Assembly: GCA_965218435.1 (NCBI GenBank) | Contig: CBDCKW010000009.1 | Location: 1,152,001-1,216,000 of the forward strand | From: Truepera sp. | GTDB lineage: Bacteria > Deinococcota > Deinococci > Deinococcales > Trueperaceae | Direction: 5' to 3' | DNA: 64,000 bases | Shown: positions 1 to 9,172 of the stretch, one piece after another | Layout: each line of letters starts with the position of its first letter | Numbering within the stretch: the first letter of the stretch is position 1 | The notes under the pieces: model-generated | Told to the model about the DNA's origin: nothing | Databases searched by the model: none | What the model saw: the letters and a program-made list of their open reading frames with translations, nothing else | Translations under genes and position numbers: made by a program

Positions 1-96
1 GCGCCCCGTGACCTCGAGATCGAGGTGCGGCAGCTCCGTCAAGAGGCGCTCAAGGTCCTCTCGAGCGTTTCCAGAACCATCGAACAACTGCCGTGA
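1..96 (+). CDS. 3' end of an upstream gene (partial)
   Basis: Frame 1 open from window start (APRDLEIEVRQLRQEALKV...EQLP) to TGA at 94-96, just before the next ATG. Confidence 0.5.
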   Translation, partial: APRDLEIEVRQLRQEALKVLSSVSRTIEQLP

Positions 97-109
97 CCCC
101 GGCTACCTT

Positions 110-1024
110 ATGAGTCGCCGCGCGACGCTGATCCATAACGCCCACGCCGCCGGTCGGTTGCGGCTTTCGACCGGGCGCATTCTCGAGCTGCTCGGTGAGG
201 CCGGGTACGACGCCGAGCATGTACCGACTGAAAACGAAGACGACCTCGCCGCCGCCCTCAAAGACCCTGGTGACCTCGTGGTCGCAGCTGGCGGCGACGG
301 AACGATCCGCGGCGTGGCGCTGGCGCTGGCTGCGACAGGCTCGAGCGTTCCCTTGGCGCTCGCGCCCTTAGGAACGGCCAACAACATCGCCCGTACGCTC
401 GGGCTGACCGACAAAACCGAAACCTTGCTGCGGGGTCTTGCCAACCCCCAACCACGCCCTTTTGACCTCGGCCTGATCCGCGCCCCGTGGGGTGAGGTGC
501 GCTTTCTCGAGGCGTTCGGCGTCGGGCTCTTCGCTGCAGGGCTCAAGCAGTACAGTCCGGACGAAAGAAAAAGCCTCGTGCGGATGGCGCAAGCGGCGCT
601 CGAGACGTTGACGCACTACGAAGCCGGCGAATGGGAATGTGAACTCGACGGCCGCGACCTCTCCGGGCGCTACCTGATGCTCGAGGTGATGAACACGCAG
701 GCGATGGGGTTACGCCTGCGCCTCGCGCCGCACGCAGACCCGAGTGACGGTCTGTTTGACGTGGTGCGCGTGAAGGAGGACGATACCGTAGGGTTCGGCG
801 CGTACTTGACCAAACTCGCAGAGGGCGACCTGGAAACATTACCTAACGTCGAGATTAACCGGGGTAAACGGCTTAAGCTGCGTTGGAACGGCCTACCGCT
901 GCATTTTGACGAAGAGGTGCGCGGCGACGACCCGGCGCGTGAACCCGGCGGCGACATTGAGCTGACCATGCAGGCCGGCGCGCTGACCTTATGGCTTCCC
1001 AGCTCACCTGACGCAGTCTTTTAA
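110..1024 (+). CDS. Diacylglycerol/lipid kinase family protein (DAGK/YegS-like)
   Basis: AAGGDGT and PLGTANNIAR motifs; ATG at 110 preferred over the ORF-track start. Confidence 0.9.
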   Translation: MSRRATLIHNAHAAGRLRLSTGRILELLGEAGYDAEHVPTENEDDLAAALKDPGDLVVAAGGDGTIRGVALALAATGSSVPLALAPLGTANNIARTLGLTDKTETLLRGLANPQPRPFDLGLIRAPWGEVRFLEAFGVGLFAAGLKQYSPDERKSLVRMAQAALETLTHYEAGEWECELDGRDLSGRYLMLEVMNTQAMGLRLRLAPHADPSDGLFDVVRVKEDDTVGFGAYLTKLAEGDLETLPNVEINRGKRLKLRWNGLPLHFDEEVRGDDPAREPGGDIELTMQAGALTLWLPSSPDAVF

Positions 1025-1207
1025 CCGTATACTGCGTGTTGCTGAGGTTGCTACTTTCGGCACCTCAAGTATCGCCGTAAATCCGGAGAACTGCACAACA
1101 CCCCGTTCTTTGTGCCCTGAGAGCGTCCCCAACCAGATGACAAACCCGGACAAAAATTCAGACAAAAACACCAGACAAAAATCCTGGCCAAAGCCAGCTG
1201 GAAAACG

Positions 1208-1909
1208 ATGAAAATTGACCTGCATCTCCATACTGAAGCTTCGTTCGACTGCGTCGTGCCGCTGCCCGAGCTGTTAGACCGGCTGGTGGTGCGGGGCGTT
1301 GACGTTCAAGCGGTCACCGACCATAACGAAATCTGGGGCGCACAAAAGCTCCAGGCGCTGGCTGACGCGCGGCGCAAAACGCACCCAGGTACGCCGCAAA
1401 TTATCGTCGGCGAAGAGGTCAGTACCCGCGAAGGCGAGATTATCGGACTGTTTTTGACCGAGCAAATTCCCCGTGACCTGAGCCCGGAGGAGACAGTCGC
1501 GCAGATTCGGGCGCAGGGTGGGTTGGTCTTGCTGCCGCACGGTTTCGACCCGCTCAAAAAGAAACGTCTTAAACCTGAAGCGTTGGCGCGGATTGCCGAG
1601 GACGTAGACCTCGTTGAAGCGTTTAACGCGCGTATCTCGAGGCCCAAATGGAACCACGCCGGGGCAGCGTGGGCCGACGCTCGTGGGCTTCCCAAAAGTG
1701 CCGGGTCGGACGCGCACACGCTCGCCGACGTCGGCGACGCCTGGGTTACCACGCCTGTGCAGGATGTCAGCACGCCGGAGGGTTTGTTGGCCGCACTTCG
1801 CGCGGGTGAGGTGTCCGGCAACTGGACGCATCCGCTCTTGGCGTTTGCTTACAAGGTGTGGGATTCGGGGTTTGCGATCACGCGGCGCTACGTTGCAGGT
1901 AGGCGTTAG
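1208..1909 (+). CDS. PHP-domain metal-dependent phosphoesterase
   Basis: DLHLHT, AVTDHN, GEEV and GSDAH motifs. Confidence 0.9.
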   Translation: MKIDLHLHTEASFDCVVPLPELLDRLVVRGVDVQAVTDHNEIWGAQKLQALADARRKTHPGTPQIIVGEEVSTREGEIIGLFLTEQIPRDLSPEETVAQIRAQGGLVLLPHGFDPLKKKRLKPEALARIAEDVDLVEAFNARISRPKWNHAGAAWADARGLPKSAGSDAHTLADVGDAWVTTPVQDVSTPEGLLAALRAGEVSGNWTHPLLAFAYKVWDSGFAITRRYVAGRR

Positions 1910-1986
1910 GCGGCTTGGGCCAACTCATGCTCAGTAACGGTAATCTAATGACTGCCCGTTCACTCGCTACGGGCTAGGCTCAGGGT

Positions 1987-2544
1987 ATGGATCACGCAGA
2001 CGCGTTGTCGCTTATCGCGCCAGGTCTTTCAGTAGGCGTTGGTGAAGGTCAAATTTGGGCCGACCTCGGGGCCGGAAGCGGCGTTTTTGCCCGTGCGCTC
2101 AGCGAACTGCTGGGGCCGACGGGGGTTGTGATCGCCGTTGACCGGGATGCGCGGGTGCTGCAAAGGATTTGTGTACCGCGACCTGATTTGTCACGACGTG
2201 TGGGCGGCGAGATACGCCGCTACCACGCAGACTTTAGGGGAGCGCTCGAGCTTCCCCCGCTAGACGGCTTGCTGCTCGCCAACTCGCTCCATTTTGTCGC
2301 TCGGCAAGAGGCGGTGCTCCGCCAACTTATGAGTTATTTGCGCCCTCAGGGGCGGATGCTGCTCGTCGAATACGACGAACAAAGAGCGTCACCGTGGAAC
2401 CCGTATCCGGTCCCGCCGGGGCGTTTCAAAAAGCTCGCGGCGGCGGTGGGGTTGCAAGGTGTAAAAGAACTAAGGCGTCGCCCTTCACAGTTCGGTAACC
2501 GAGAGCTCTATACGGCAGTCGCGTTTAATAATATAGCTAGCTGA
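1987..2544 (+). CDS. Class I SAM-dependent methyltransferase
   Basis: WADLGAGSG motif I, ANSLHF; leaderless TAGGCT -10 upstream. Confidence 0.85.
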   Translation: MDHADALSLIAPGLSVGVGEGQIWADLGAGSGVFARALSELLGPTGVVIAVDRDARVLQRICVPRPDLSRRVGGEIRRYHADFRGALELPPLDGLLLANSLHFVARQEAVLRQLMSYLRPQGRMLLVEYDEQRASPWNPYPVPPGRFKKLAAAVGLQGVKELRRRPSQFGNRELYTAVAFNNIAS

Positions 2545-2771
2545 CCCGAAGATTGGCCTTTATAGAAGAGCTTGCTACAGTTGTTACGAGACGGTCATTA
2601 CAAAAAGTGCGTGCTGAGCGGCAAAGCTTAAACGGAGCGCGTTGCTCCGCAGCTTGTACTTGCCGAGCAGTTCCGAACGCCGTGAGAACGCCTATACGCC
2701 AAATGTGCTTACGTTATCCGAGTTACCGAATAAAAGTTCTATCCGAGCTCTCTTAGTGCGGTTGGACCCGG

Positions 2772-3353
2772 TTACGACTGCGCAGGTGTGTCTGCGGCAA
2801 CGAGCCGGAGAGCACTGAAGACTTCGGCGACGATTTCGGTAAGCTCTCGCTCGCTGCCTCCCTCGAGCCAACGCGTTAAGGAGACACTAAAGACGGTAAC
2901 CGCAATCTGGGCGGCGAGCGTCGAGGTCAACTCGTCGACGCCGCGATTCAGGAACCCTAGTCTGATCGCTTCCGACAGCACGGACAGCTTCCGCAGCTCG
3001 CGCTCGCGCAGGCCCTCGTCCGACTGAATGATGGCGTCGCGTGTCCGAAGGTACTCGAGCTGGCCCTCGAACCTGGTCGCCGCGACGGTCTCGAGTCCTT
3101 CTAAAATCACCTTCATCGGGCCGTGCGAAGCCGGGGCGTCGGCCATGAGCCTCGCGACCAGCGCGGGCAGTTCCTCCTCGACCGCAAAGAGCACCTCGCG
3201 CTTGTCCGCGAAGTGACGAAAGAACGTGCGGGTCGTCAGCCCGGCCCTAGCGGTGATCTCGGGAACCGTCGTCTCGGCAAAACCCTGCTCGAGGAACAGC
3301 TCGAGGGCGGCGCGTTCCAACCGCTTGCGTGCACCCGACTGCCACCGACCCAT
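2772..3353 (-). CDS. TetR/AcrR family transcriptional regulator
   Basis: N-terminal HTH (ALELFLEQGFAETTVPEITARAGLTTRTFFRHF). Confidence 0.95.
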   Translation of the reverse strand: MGRWQSGARKRLERAALELFLEQGFAETTVPEITARAGLTTRTFFRHFADKREVLFAVEEELPALVARLMADAPASHGPMKVILEGLETVAATRFEGQLEYLRTRDAIIQSDEGLRERELRKLSVLSEAIRLGFLNRGVDELTSTLAAQIAVTVFSVSLTRWLEGGSERELTEIVAEVFSALRLVAADTPAQS

Positions 3354-3368
3354 AACCGACTATACAAA

Positions 3369-3420
3369 ATGACATCGCGTGTCATCGTTATGCTATAGTG
3401 ATGTCATCACGTGTCATCAC
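3369..3420. promoter_or_regulatory. Tandem palindromic operators in the divergent TetR/SDR promoter
   Basis: ATGACAtcgcgTGTCAT (3369-3385) and ATGTCAtcacgTGTCAT (3401-3417). Confidence 0.75.
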
Positions 3421-3588
3421 TTTGACAACGCGGTAAAAGGGTCTAGCAGGACTGCAACATAAAATCGGATTGGAGTTTGACATTCTGTTGGAATAAACCT
3501 TAACGCAAATTTCATTAGCAGTCGGCGTGAGCTGTACTGCTGCAGAACGGAATCCTCGCAGATGAGGCGGAAAAGAGGGAATAAGCTT

Positions 3589-4503
3589 ATGAGAATTTTA
3601 GTTATCGGAGCTTCGGGCTTCGTCGGTAGGCATCTTGCTCAGGGGCTGTTGGCTGAAGGCTACGCCGTCCGCTGTCTGGCACGGAAGCCGGAGAAGATAA
3701 AAGATTTGGCGGCCATAGGCTATGAGATTGTCCAAGGCGACATTCTGGACGCCGAGTCTATGAAGCGTGCATTGGATTCTGTTCAGGCCGTTTATATCTC
3801 CGTCCACACCCTTTCACCTCAGCCTTCCAGTACGGTAGGTCAAGGCTTTATGGACATCGAGCTGCAGGGCTTGCAGAACATCGTGGCGGCGTGTAAGGCG
3901 AATGGTGTAAGCCGTTTGATCTACCTGACCTCCCTCGGCAACACGCCAGGCGCGCGCAGTGAATGGGGACGTGAACGCTGGCAAGCAGAACAGTTCTTGC
4001 TTGGGAGCGGCCTCGAGGTCACCGTGATCCAGCCCGGTCAGATCGTGGGTGTGGGCGGAAACGGCTTCAATATGATGGTGAACCAAGCGAAAAGGTCGCC
4101 TACCTTGATGATCGGTAGTGGAAAGCAAAAGTCGCGCAATATTGCCGTCAACGATCTGGTCTACTATCTTATCGGCGTCTTGAGCGATTCACGGACTTAC
4201 GGCCAAGCTTACGAAGTGGGCGGGGATGACGTTCTAACGAGCGACCAGATGGTTGACGTTACGGCAGAGGTTCTCGGTCACCATCATCCCGTCAAAATAC
4301 ACGTTCCGCGAACCCTTTTAGGCGTGTTCGCGCCGGTTATCGAGCGGGTAAGTAAACTCCCAAAAGGTGCTATTAAGGGCCTGGTGGACGGCATGGCGGA
4401 CGATCTCGTGGGTGATCCCACGCCCATCCGCAAACTTTTACCGAGGCCGCCGCTGTCTTACCGTCAGGCCGTGGAACAGGCGTTAACAGCGGAGAAGTCG
4501 TAA
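3589..4503 (+). CDS. Atypical SDR / NAD(P)H-binding (NmrA-like) protein
   Basis: GASGFVG Rossmann motif; ATG at 3589. Confidence 0.85.
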   Translation: MRILVIGASGFVGRHLAQGLLAEGYAVRCLARKPEKIKDLAAIGYEIVQGDILDAESMKRALDSVQAVYISVHTLSPQPSSTVGQGFMDIELQGLQNIVAACKANGVSRLIYLTSLGNTPGARSEWGRERWQAEQFLLGSGLEVTVIQPGQIVGVGGNGFNMMVNQAKRSPTLMIGSGKQKSRNIAVNDLVYYLIGVLSDSRTYGQAYEVGGDDVLTSDQMVDVTAEVLGHHHPVKIHVPRTLLGVFAPVIERVSKLPKGAIKGLVDGMADDLVGDPTPIRKLLPRPPLSYRQAVEQALTAEKS

Positions 4504-4639
4504 GACGTGTTCTCGTCGTTGGCGCAACCGGGTTTACCGGCGCTACCGCTGGTTTTTAAGAGAACGGTTTCGTACCGGGGAAGCCACCGAATGGGCTACG
4601 CCTAGCGCAGCCGGCAGCTCCAAGAAAGGATAACTCCAA

Positions 4640-5734
4640 ATGCCGACGAATACGGCGGCGTGGTTAGGGACAAAGCAGGCTAAGCTCGAGGTCAGGCCCG
4701 CGCCCTACACGCCTCCACGCGAGAACGAGATTGTCGTCAAAAACCACGCCGTCGCGATCAATCCTATTGATTGGCTCATTCCCGTTCTGGGCAATATCGC
4801 TTTTACCTGGATTAAATATCCTTTTGTCCTCGGTTGCGACCTTGCCGGCGAGGTTGTCGAGGTCGGTGGCGCGGTCACGCGGTTTAGCGTAGGCGACCGG
4901 GTTCTCGCTCACGCTGTAGGAACAGACAAGGACCGCAACACATCGGCGGAGGGGGCCTTCCAGAACTATACCGTCGTCTTAGAGCGGTTGGCCGCACCTA
5001 TCCCTGACACCCTGCCGTACGAAAACGCCGCTGTTCTCCCCCTCGCTTTATCTACCGCCGCGTGTGGCCTGTTTCAGAAAGATCAGCTGGCGCTTGACTA
5101 TCCGTCTTTGACCCCGAAACCTACGGGGAAGACGCTGCTCGTCTGGGGCGGCTCGACGAGCGTCGGCAGCAACGCTATCCAACTCGCCGTCGCCGCCGGC
5201 TACGAGGTCATCACCACGGCGTCAGCTAAAAACTTCGACTACGTTCGCAAGCTGGGTGCAAGCCAGGTCTTTGACTATCACAGCAAGACCGTTGTCAAAG
5301 ACGTTATCGCGGCCTTCAAAGGCAAAACGAGCGCCGGGGCACTCGCTATCGGAACCGGGTCAACCGAGCCTTGTGTGGACATCGCCTCCGCCTGTAACGG
5401 TCACAAGTTCGTCTCCACAGCCAGCCAATCCGTCTCTTTTGAAAATGGCGTGACCCTTCCGCTGCTGCTCCGGTCTTTATCGTCAAGTTTAGCGTTGCAG
5501 GTGAAAACTCGGTCGCGGCGCGTCCGCACGAAGTCTATCTTCGGCTCTACCTTAAAGGACAACGAGGTCAGCAGAGTCATCTATAAAGACTTCCTGCCCC
5601 AGGCTCTCGCAGCTGGCCAATATATCGCCGCCCCGGAGCCTTACGTCGTCGGCAAGGGTCTGGGGTCCATCCAAGCTGGGTTTGACGTTCAAAGGCAGGG
5701 TGTCTCGGCTAAGAAGGTGGTCGTTTCCCTCTAA
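4640..5734 (+). CDS. Medium-chain dehydrogenase/reductase (zinc-free enoyl-reductase-like)
   Basis: AINPIDW, GCDLAG, WGGSTSVG; RBS AAGGA. Confidence 0.9.
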   Translation: MPTNTAAWLGTKQAKLEVRPAPYTPPRENEIVVKNHAVAINPIDWLIPVLGNIAFTWIKYPFVLGCDLAGEVVEVGGAVTRFSVGDRVLAHAVGTDKDRNTSAEGAFQNYTVVLERLAAPIPDTLPYENAAVLPLALSTAACGLFQKDQLALDYPSLTPKPTGKTLLVWGGSTSVGSNAIQLAVAAGYEVITTASAKNFDYVRKLGASQVFDYHSKTVVKDVIAAFKGKTSAGALAIGTGSTEPCVDIASACNGHKFVSTASQSVSFENGVTLPLLLRSLSSSLALQVKTRSRRVRTKSIFGSTLKDNEVSRVIYKDFLPQALAAGQYIAAPEPYVVGKGLGSIQAGFDVQRQGVSAKKVVVSL

Positions 5735-5976
5735 ATTATCTTGGGTCGCGGCTGACCTAGAATAAACACGGTACGGAGGGGTGATTCGCGTCCCGGCGGA
5801 AGCCGCCTTAAAAACCCTTATCGGTCTGTCCACTTGCTCCGCCTGTGAGGTCTTACGCGCGATAGGTGAGTAGGCTTAACCTCGGTTTATACCTACTTAT
5901 CCCTACCTACTACTGTGACTTCTTCTAAATAGCCCTCTGCCAACACTGTTAGCTAAGTTTAGAATACCGTCAAAAT

Positions 5977-7653
5977 CTAAGCGTTTTTAACCGTGCGCCG
6001 CGCCCGAACCGCCGCCGCCGAATAGGTCAGTCGTTCTTGTACAAAGGTCTTGAGCAGTGAGGTCGTCGTCACGTCCTTAAAGAAGTGCTCGCGGAAGGCT
6101 CCGCGCCCCAAAAAGCCCGTATCGCGCCCTAACAGGCCGAGCCGGAGTTTGCGTTTGGGCAGGTAGGTTTTACCGTCCAACACGTCTCTAAATGCTTGGG
6201 GAAGCCACTCGAGCCTCCTAAGCTGCGCCTGAATCTCAGCAACCGCTCGGTCTACCGCCGCCTCGTCTTGCAGGTCAAGGGTTTCTAAACGCGCGTCTAC
6301 GGCGTCGGCGACCTCCCGAAACTCGGCGAAGCCGCCCCCGACGAGCCGTAAGTCTTGGGTTCCCGCGTAATAGCTGCGGCGGTCTGTGGCGAGCGCCCGG
6401 ACGCTGCTCAGTTTGACGAATTCGGTATACGCGCCCAACAGCCACACCACGCTGTAGACCGTCCAGAGTTTGGGGTTGATAAACGACCGATACGAATTAG
6501 CGACTAAGCGGTCGTTTGCTCGGATAAAGGCCAAGGTGGTGGTCTCGAGCGGCCTAAAACGCGCGGCGCTGTAATCCCCGTCGTGTTTAGCTTCTAACAG
6601 CAGATCAGCCAACACCGATACGCTCGTTAAAGACGTGTAAAGTCCTTTGGAATAGAGCGGGTCAACGAACCCGGCAGCGTGCCCCAGAAGCGCAAAGCGG
6701 TCGCCGACGACGCGTTTGGAACTGTACTGGATACGTCCGGTACGCGTCCACGGGCGCACGGCTTTACCTCCGGCCAGGTGCCGCTCGATGCTTGGAAACC
6801 GCTTGATAAAGGTCCGAAACTCGTCTTCCGGGCTCTCATCTGACGCTGGGTAAAGGCGCGGGTCGAGCAGCAGCCCGACGCTGCAGAGAGGATTGGTCGC
6901 CTTAGCGTGGTTGTTAAAGGGGATGACCCAGAGCCAACCGCCCGCAAAGATGTGATGGAGCGTACCTTCGGAGGCGCGGAAGGGAAGACGGCTCCGGTTT
7001 TGTGACGACGTGCTGTGATAGTCGGGAACCCCGACCATATGGGTAAAGAGCGCCCTCGAGTGTGTCTGCAGCTCAAAATCTCTCAGCTCGAAAGCGTCGG
7101 CTAAGAGTGACTTAAACCCACCTGCGTCTACCACGTAATCAGCCGTAAAAGTCCCAGTGTCGGTTTTTAAGGTGACGGTTTCAGCGGTGACCTCGAGCGC
7201 CTTGACCGGCGTGTTTTGCAAGACCGTCGCGCCGTAACGCACTGCCACCGTGGTTAAAAACGCGTCTACATCTTGCCGGTAGAGGTGTAGTTCGTGGCCA
7301 TGAGGTGCTTTAGGGATGACCGCTTGCAGTACCTGCGTGGGGTCTTGCTCCGCTCCGGCGGTGTGGTGCAGGTACGAAAAGTGCCGTTTGACGCCGTGCG
7401 AGCTGCCGATTAAAGGCAGGTAGTTTTCCGAGCTGAAATACGCAAGTTCAGGCACACCGTAAAGGTCAGCGAGTGCGCGCATCGTCTCGCTGGTTTCTAA
7501 AATCATCGATTCGCCGATGCTGAACTTCGGATGCGTTTTGGCCTCGAGCACCACCACACGTTGCCCGTGTTTGGCGAGAATCGCCGCGAGCGACGAGCCC
7601 GCAATCCCCGAGCCGATAATAGCGACGTCAAAGTGGTTCATAGGTGGGTTCAC
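5977..7653 (-). CDS. FAD-dependent halogenase, PrnC-like
   Basis: GSGIAG FAD motif, GVKRHF with Lys, LYRQDVDA, EGTLHHIFAGGWLWVIPFNNH (WxWxIP), GFVDPLYSKG. Confidence 0.85.
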   Translation of the reverse strand: MNPPMNHFDVAIIGSGIAGSSLAAILAKHGQRVVVLEAKTHPKFSIGESMILETSETMRALADLYGVPELAYFSSENYLPLIGSSHGVKRHFSYLHHTAGAEQDPTQVLQAVIPKAPHGHELHLYRQDVDAFLTTVAVRYGATVLQNTPVKALEVTAETVTLKTDTGTFTADYVVDAGGFKSLLADAFELRDFELQTHSRALFTHMVGVPDYHSTSSQNRSRLPFRASEGTLHHIFAGGWLWVIPFNNHAKATNPLCSVGLLLDPRLYPASDESPEDEFRTFIKRFPSIERHLAGGKAVRPWTRTGRIQYSSKRVVGDRFALLGHAAGFVDPLYSKGLYTSLTSVSVLADLLLEAKHDGDYSAARFRPLETTTLAFIRANDRLVANSYRSFINPKLWTVYSVVWLLGAYTEFVKLSSVRALATDRRSYYAGTQDLRLVGGGFAEFREVADAVDARLETLDLQDEAAVDRAVAEIQAQLRRLEWLPQAFRDVLDGKTYLPKRKLRLGLLGRDTGFLGRGAFREHFFKDVTTTSLLKTFVQERLTYSAAAVRARRTVKNA

Positions 7654-7842
7654 AGGCGCGTGCTCACCCCCCCAGCTTATACCCTTAATGCCTGCAAGCT
7701 GAGTTCTGAAATCAGGAGAAAGAAGTCAGAATACAGAATTTAGAAGGTGCTGCCTCGGTAAAGTCTGTGTTGTCCTTCAGTCAAGATGACGGCAAAAGTA
7801 GAGGGCAACAGAACTCGGCCAAGACCGACTTTAAGACGACCT

Positions 7843-8283
7843 TTACAGCGTATCGAGCGTTCTAAACAGCCCCGCTTCGTCGTAGGCTTGCGTTTGGAGC
7901 GTGCCGTGTTTGAAAAAAGCGGCGCGGCCCCCCTGATCGAGCAGCAGCGTTCCGCTCCCCTGAACTGCGCCTAAGAGCCGCCGACCTAAACCGACGGCCT
8001 CGTGCGCCTCTGTACCCGACAAAACAGGAAACGGCACGCGCTCCGCAACCTGCCGAGCTTCTTCCGGACCTTCCGAGACGACGACAAAAACCTGAGCGTC
8101 TTTGTCGTTCCCTGCGAGCTTTTTAGCGATTCGCTGAACGTGCCCCAAGCAGATGCCGCACGTCGCGGAGCGCATAAAGTAGAAGACCGTCGGCGTGCCC
8201 AAAATGCCCTTTTGGTCAAACGGTTGTCCGTTTTGCTCGAGCTTTAGGGGCGGCAAAGCTTCACCAATTTGAAGTGGGGTCAT
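7843..8283 (-). CDS. Redoxin / AhpC-TSA family protein
   Basis: FMRSATCGIC thioredoxin-fold motif; ATGA overlap with upstream gene. Confidence 0.75.
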   Translation of the reverse strand: MTPLQIGEALPPLKLEQNGQPFDQKGILGTPTVFYFMRSATCGICLGHVQRIAKKLAGNDKDAQVFVVVSEGPEEARQVAERVPFPVLSGTEAHEAVGLGRRLLGAVQGSGTLLLDQGGRAAFFKHGTLQTQAYDEAGLFRTLDTL

Positions 8284-8864
8284 TTTGCTGTCGGAGCTTG
8301 GAGTGCGGCCCCCAACTGCGCGTCGGTCACTTCACCCCGCGCCGGATAGTCTTTACTCATCACAAAGTCGAGCGCACCTAAAACCTCACGGAAGTTCGGA
8401 CGGGCGAAGGGCATCGTCTGGACGCTGCCGAAATAGAGCGTGCCGTCAGGCCGGACGAGGTACAAGGCCGGTTCGCTAAACAGGGCCGGTTCGTCAACCC
8501 CGGCTGAGGTTTTACCCCGGCTTGCCGAAACATACAGACCCCACTCGCGGGCTTTCTCGAGGTCCAGACCGTACCCCACGGTAAGGTTCTCCAGACCCCA
8601 CTCGTTTTTAGACCGTTCTGCTCGCTCCCGGCTGTCGCTGCTGATAGCGACGACGCTCACGCCCCGCTTTTCAAACTCGTCCAACTTTTTCTCTAAGTCG
8701 CCCAGATAGGTGGCGCAAATCGGGCAGTGAAAGCCGCGGTAAAACACGACCAGAGTAAAGTTTTCGGGTGTCTGGTCACCTAGCTGCCACGTTTCGCCGC
8801 CCACCGTTGGGACGTTCAAGCTCGGAACGGGTTGTCTCGGAAACAAAGGGTGTATCATCGTCAT
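8280..8864 (-). CDS. Peroxiredoxin-like AhpC/TSA family protein
   Basis: FYRGFHCPIC, FSEPALYLVRPDGTLY, MPFARP. Confidence 0.9.
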   Translation of the reverse strand: MTMIHPLFPRQPVPSLNVPTVGGETWQLGDQTPENFTLVVFYRGFHCPICATYLGDLEKKLDEFEKRGVSVVAISSDSRERAERSKNEWGLENLTVGYGLDLEKAREWGLYVSASRGKTSAGVDEPALFSEPALYLVRPDGTLYFGSVQTMPFARPNFREVLGALDFVMSKDYPARGEVTDAQLGAALQAPTAK

Positions 8865-9172
8865 CTCCTTCTCTATAGTAAAAGCTCTGTAGCAAAAACC
8901 TCGTGGTAACTCCTCTGCGTATCAGCCTTAATCTAAACCGTCTTTTTTACGGCGTAAGTCGTGGTTGAGACAGATGCTTGCAAGAGCCTCGAGCAACGCA
9001 ATCCAACTTCGTCCCAAAACTGAACCAGGGCCTACGGTCTGTGGCCGTCAACCGACCTCAAAATAAACTTGGTTCAGCTAAAGACCAGCTCGTGTCCGGT
9101 GGGGTACACGAAAAGAAACCAAGCGCCCGACATGCCAGCTACACAAAGCGTCAAGTCAATAAGGAGTCAGCC

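Noticed and set aside
1140..1195. Short imperfect tandem repeat (CCAGACAAAAA-like, about 3 copies)
   Set aside because: 12-13 bp units without spacers; not CRISPR, and no convincing ORF or function
8978..9172. ORF-track N-terminal extension of the cytochrome fusion
   Set aside because: RBS and signal peptide begin at ATG 9173
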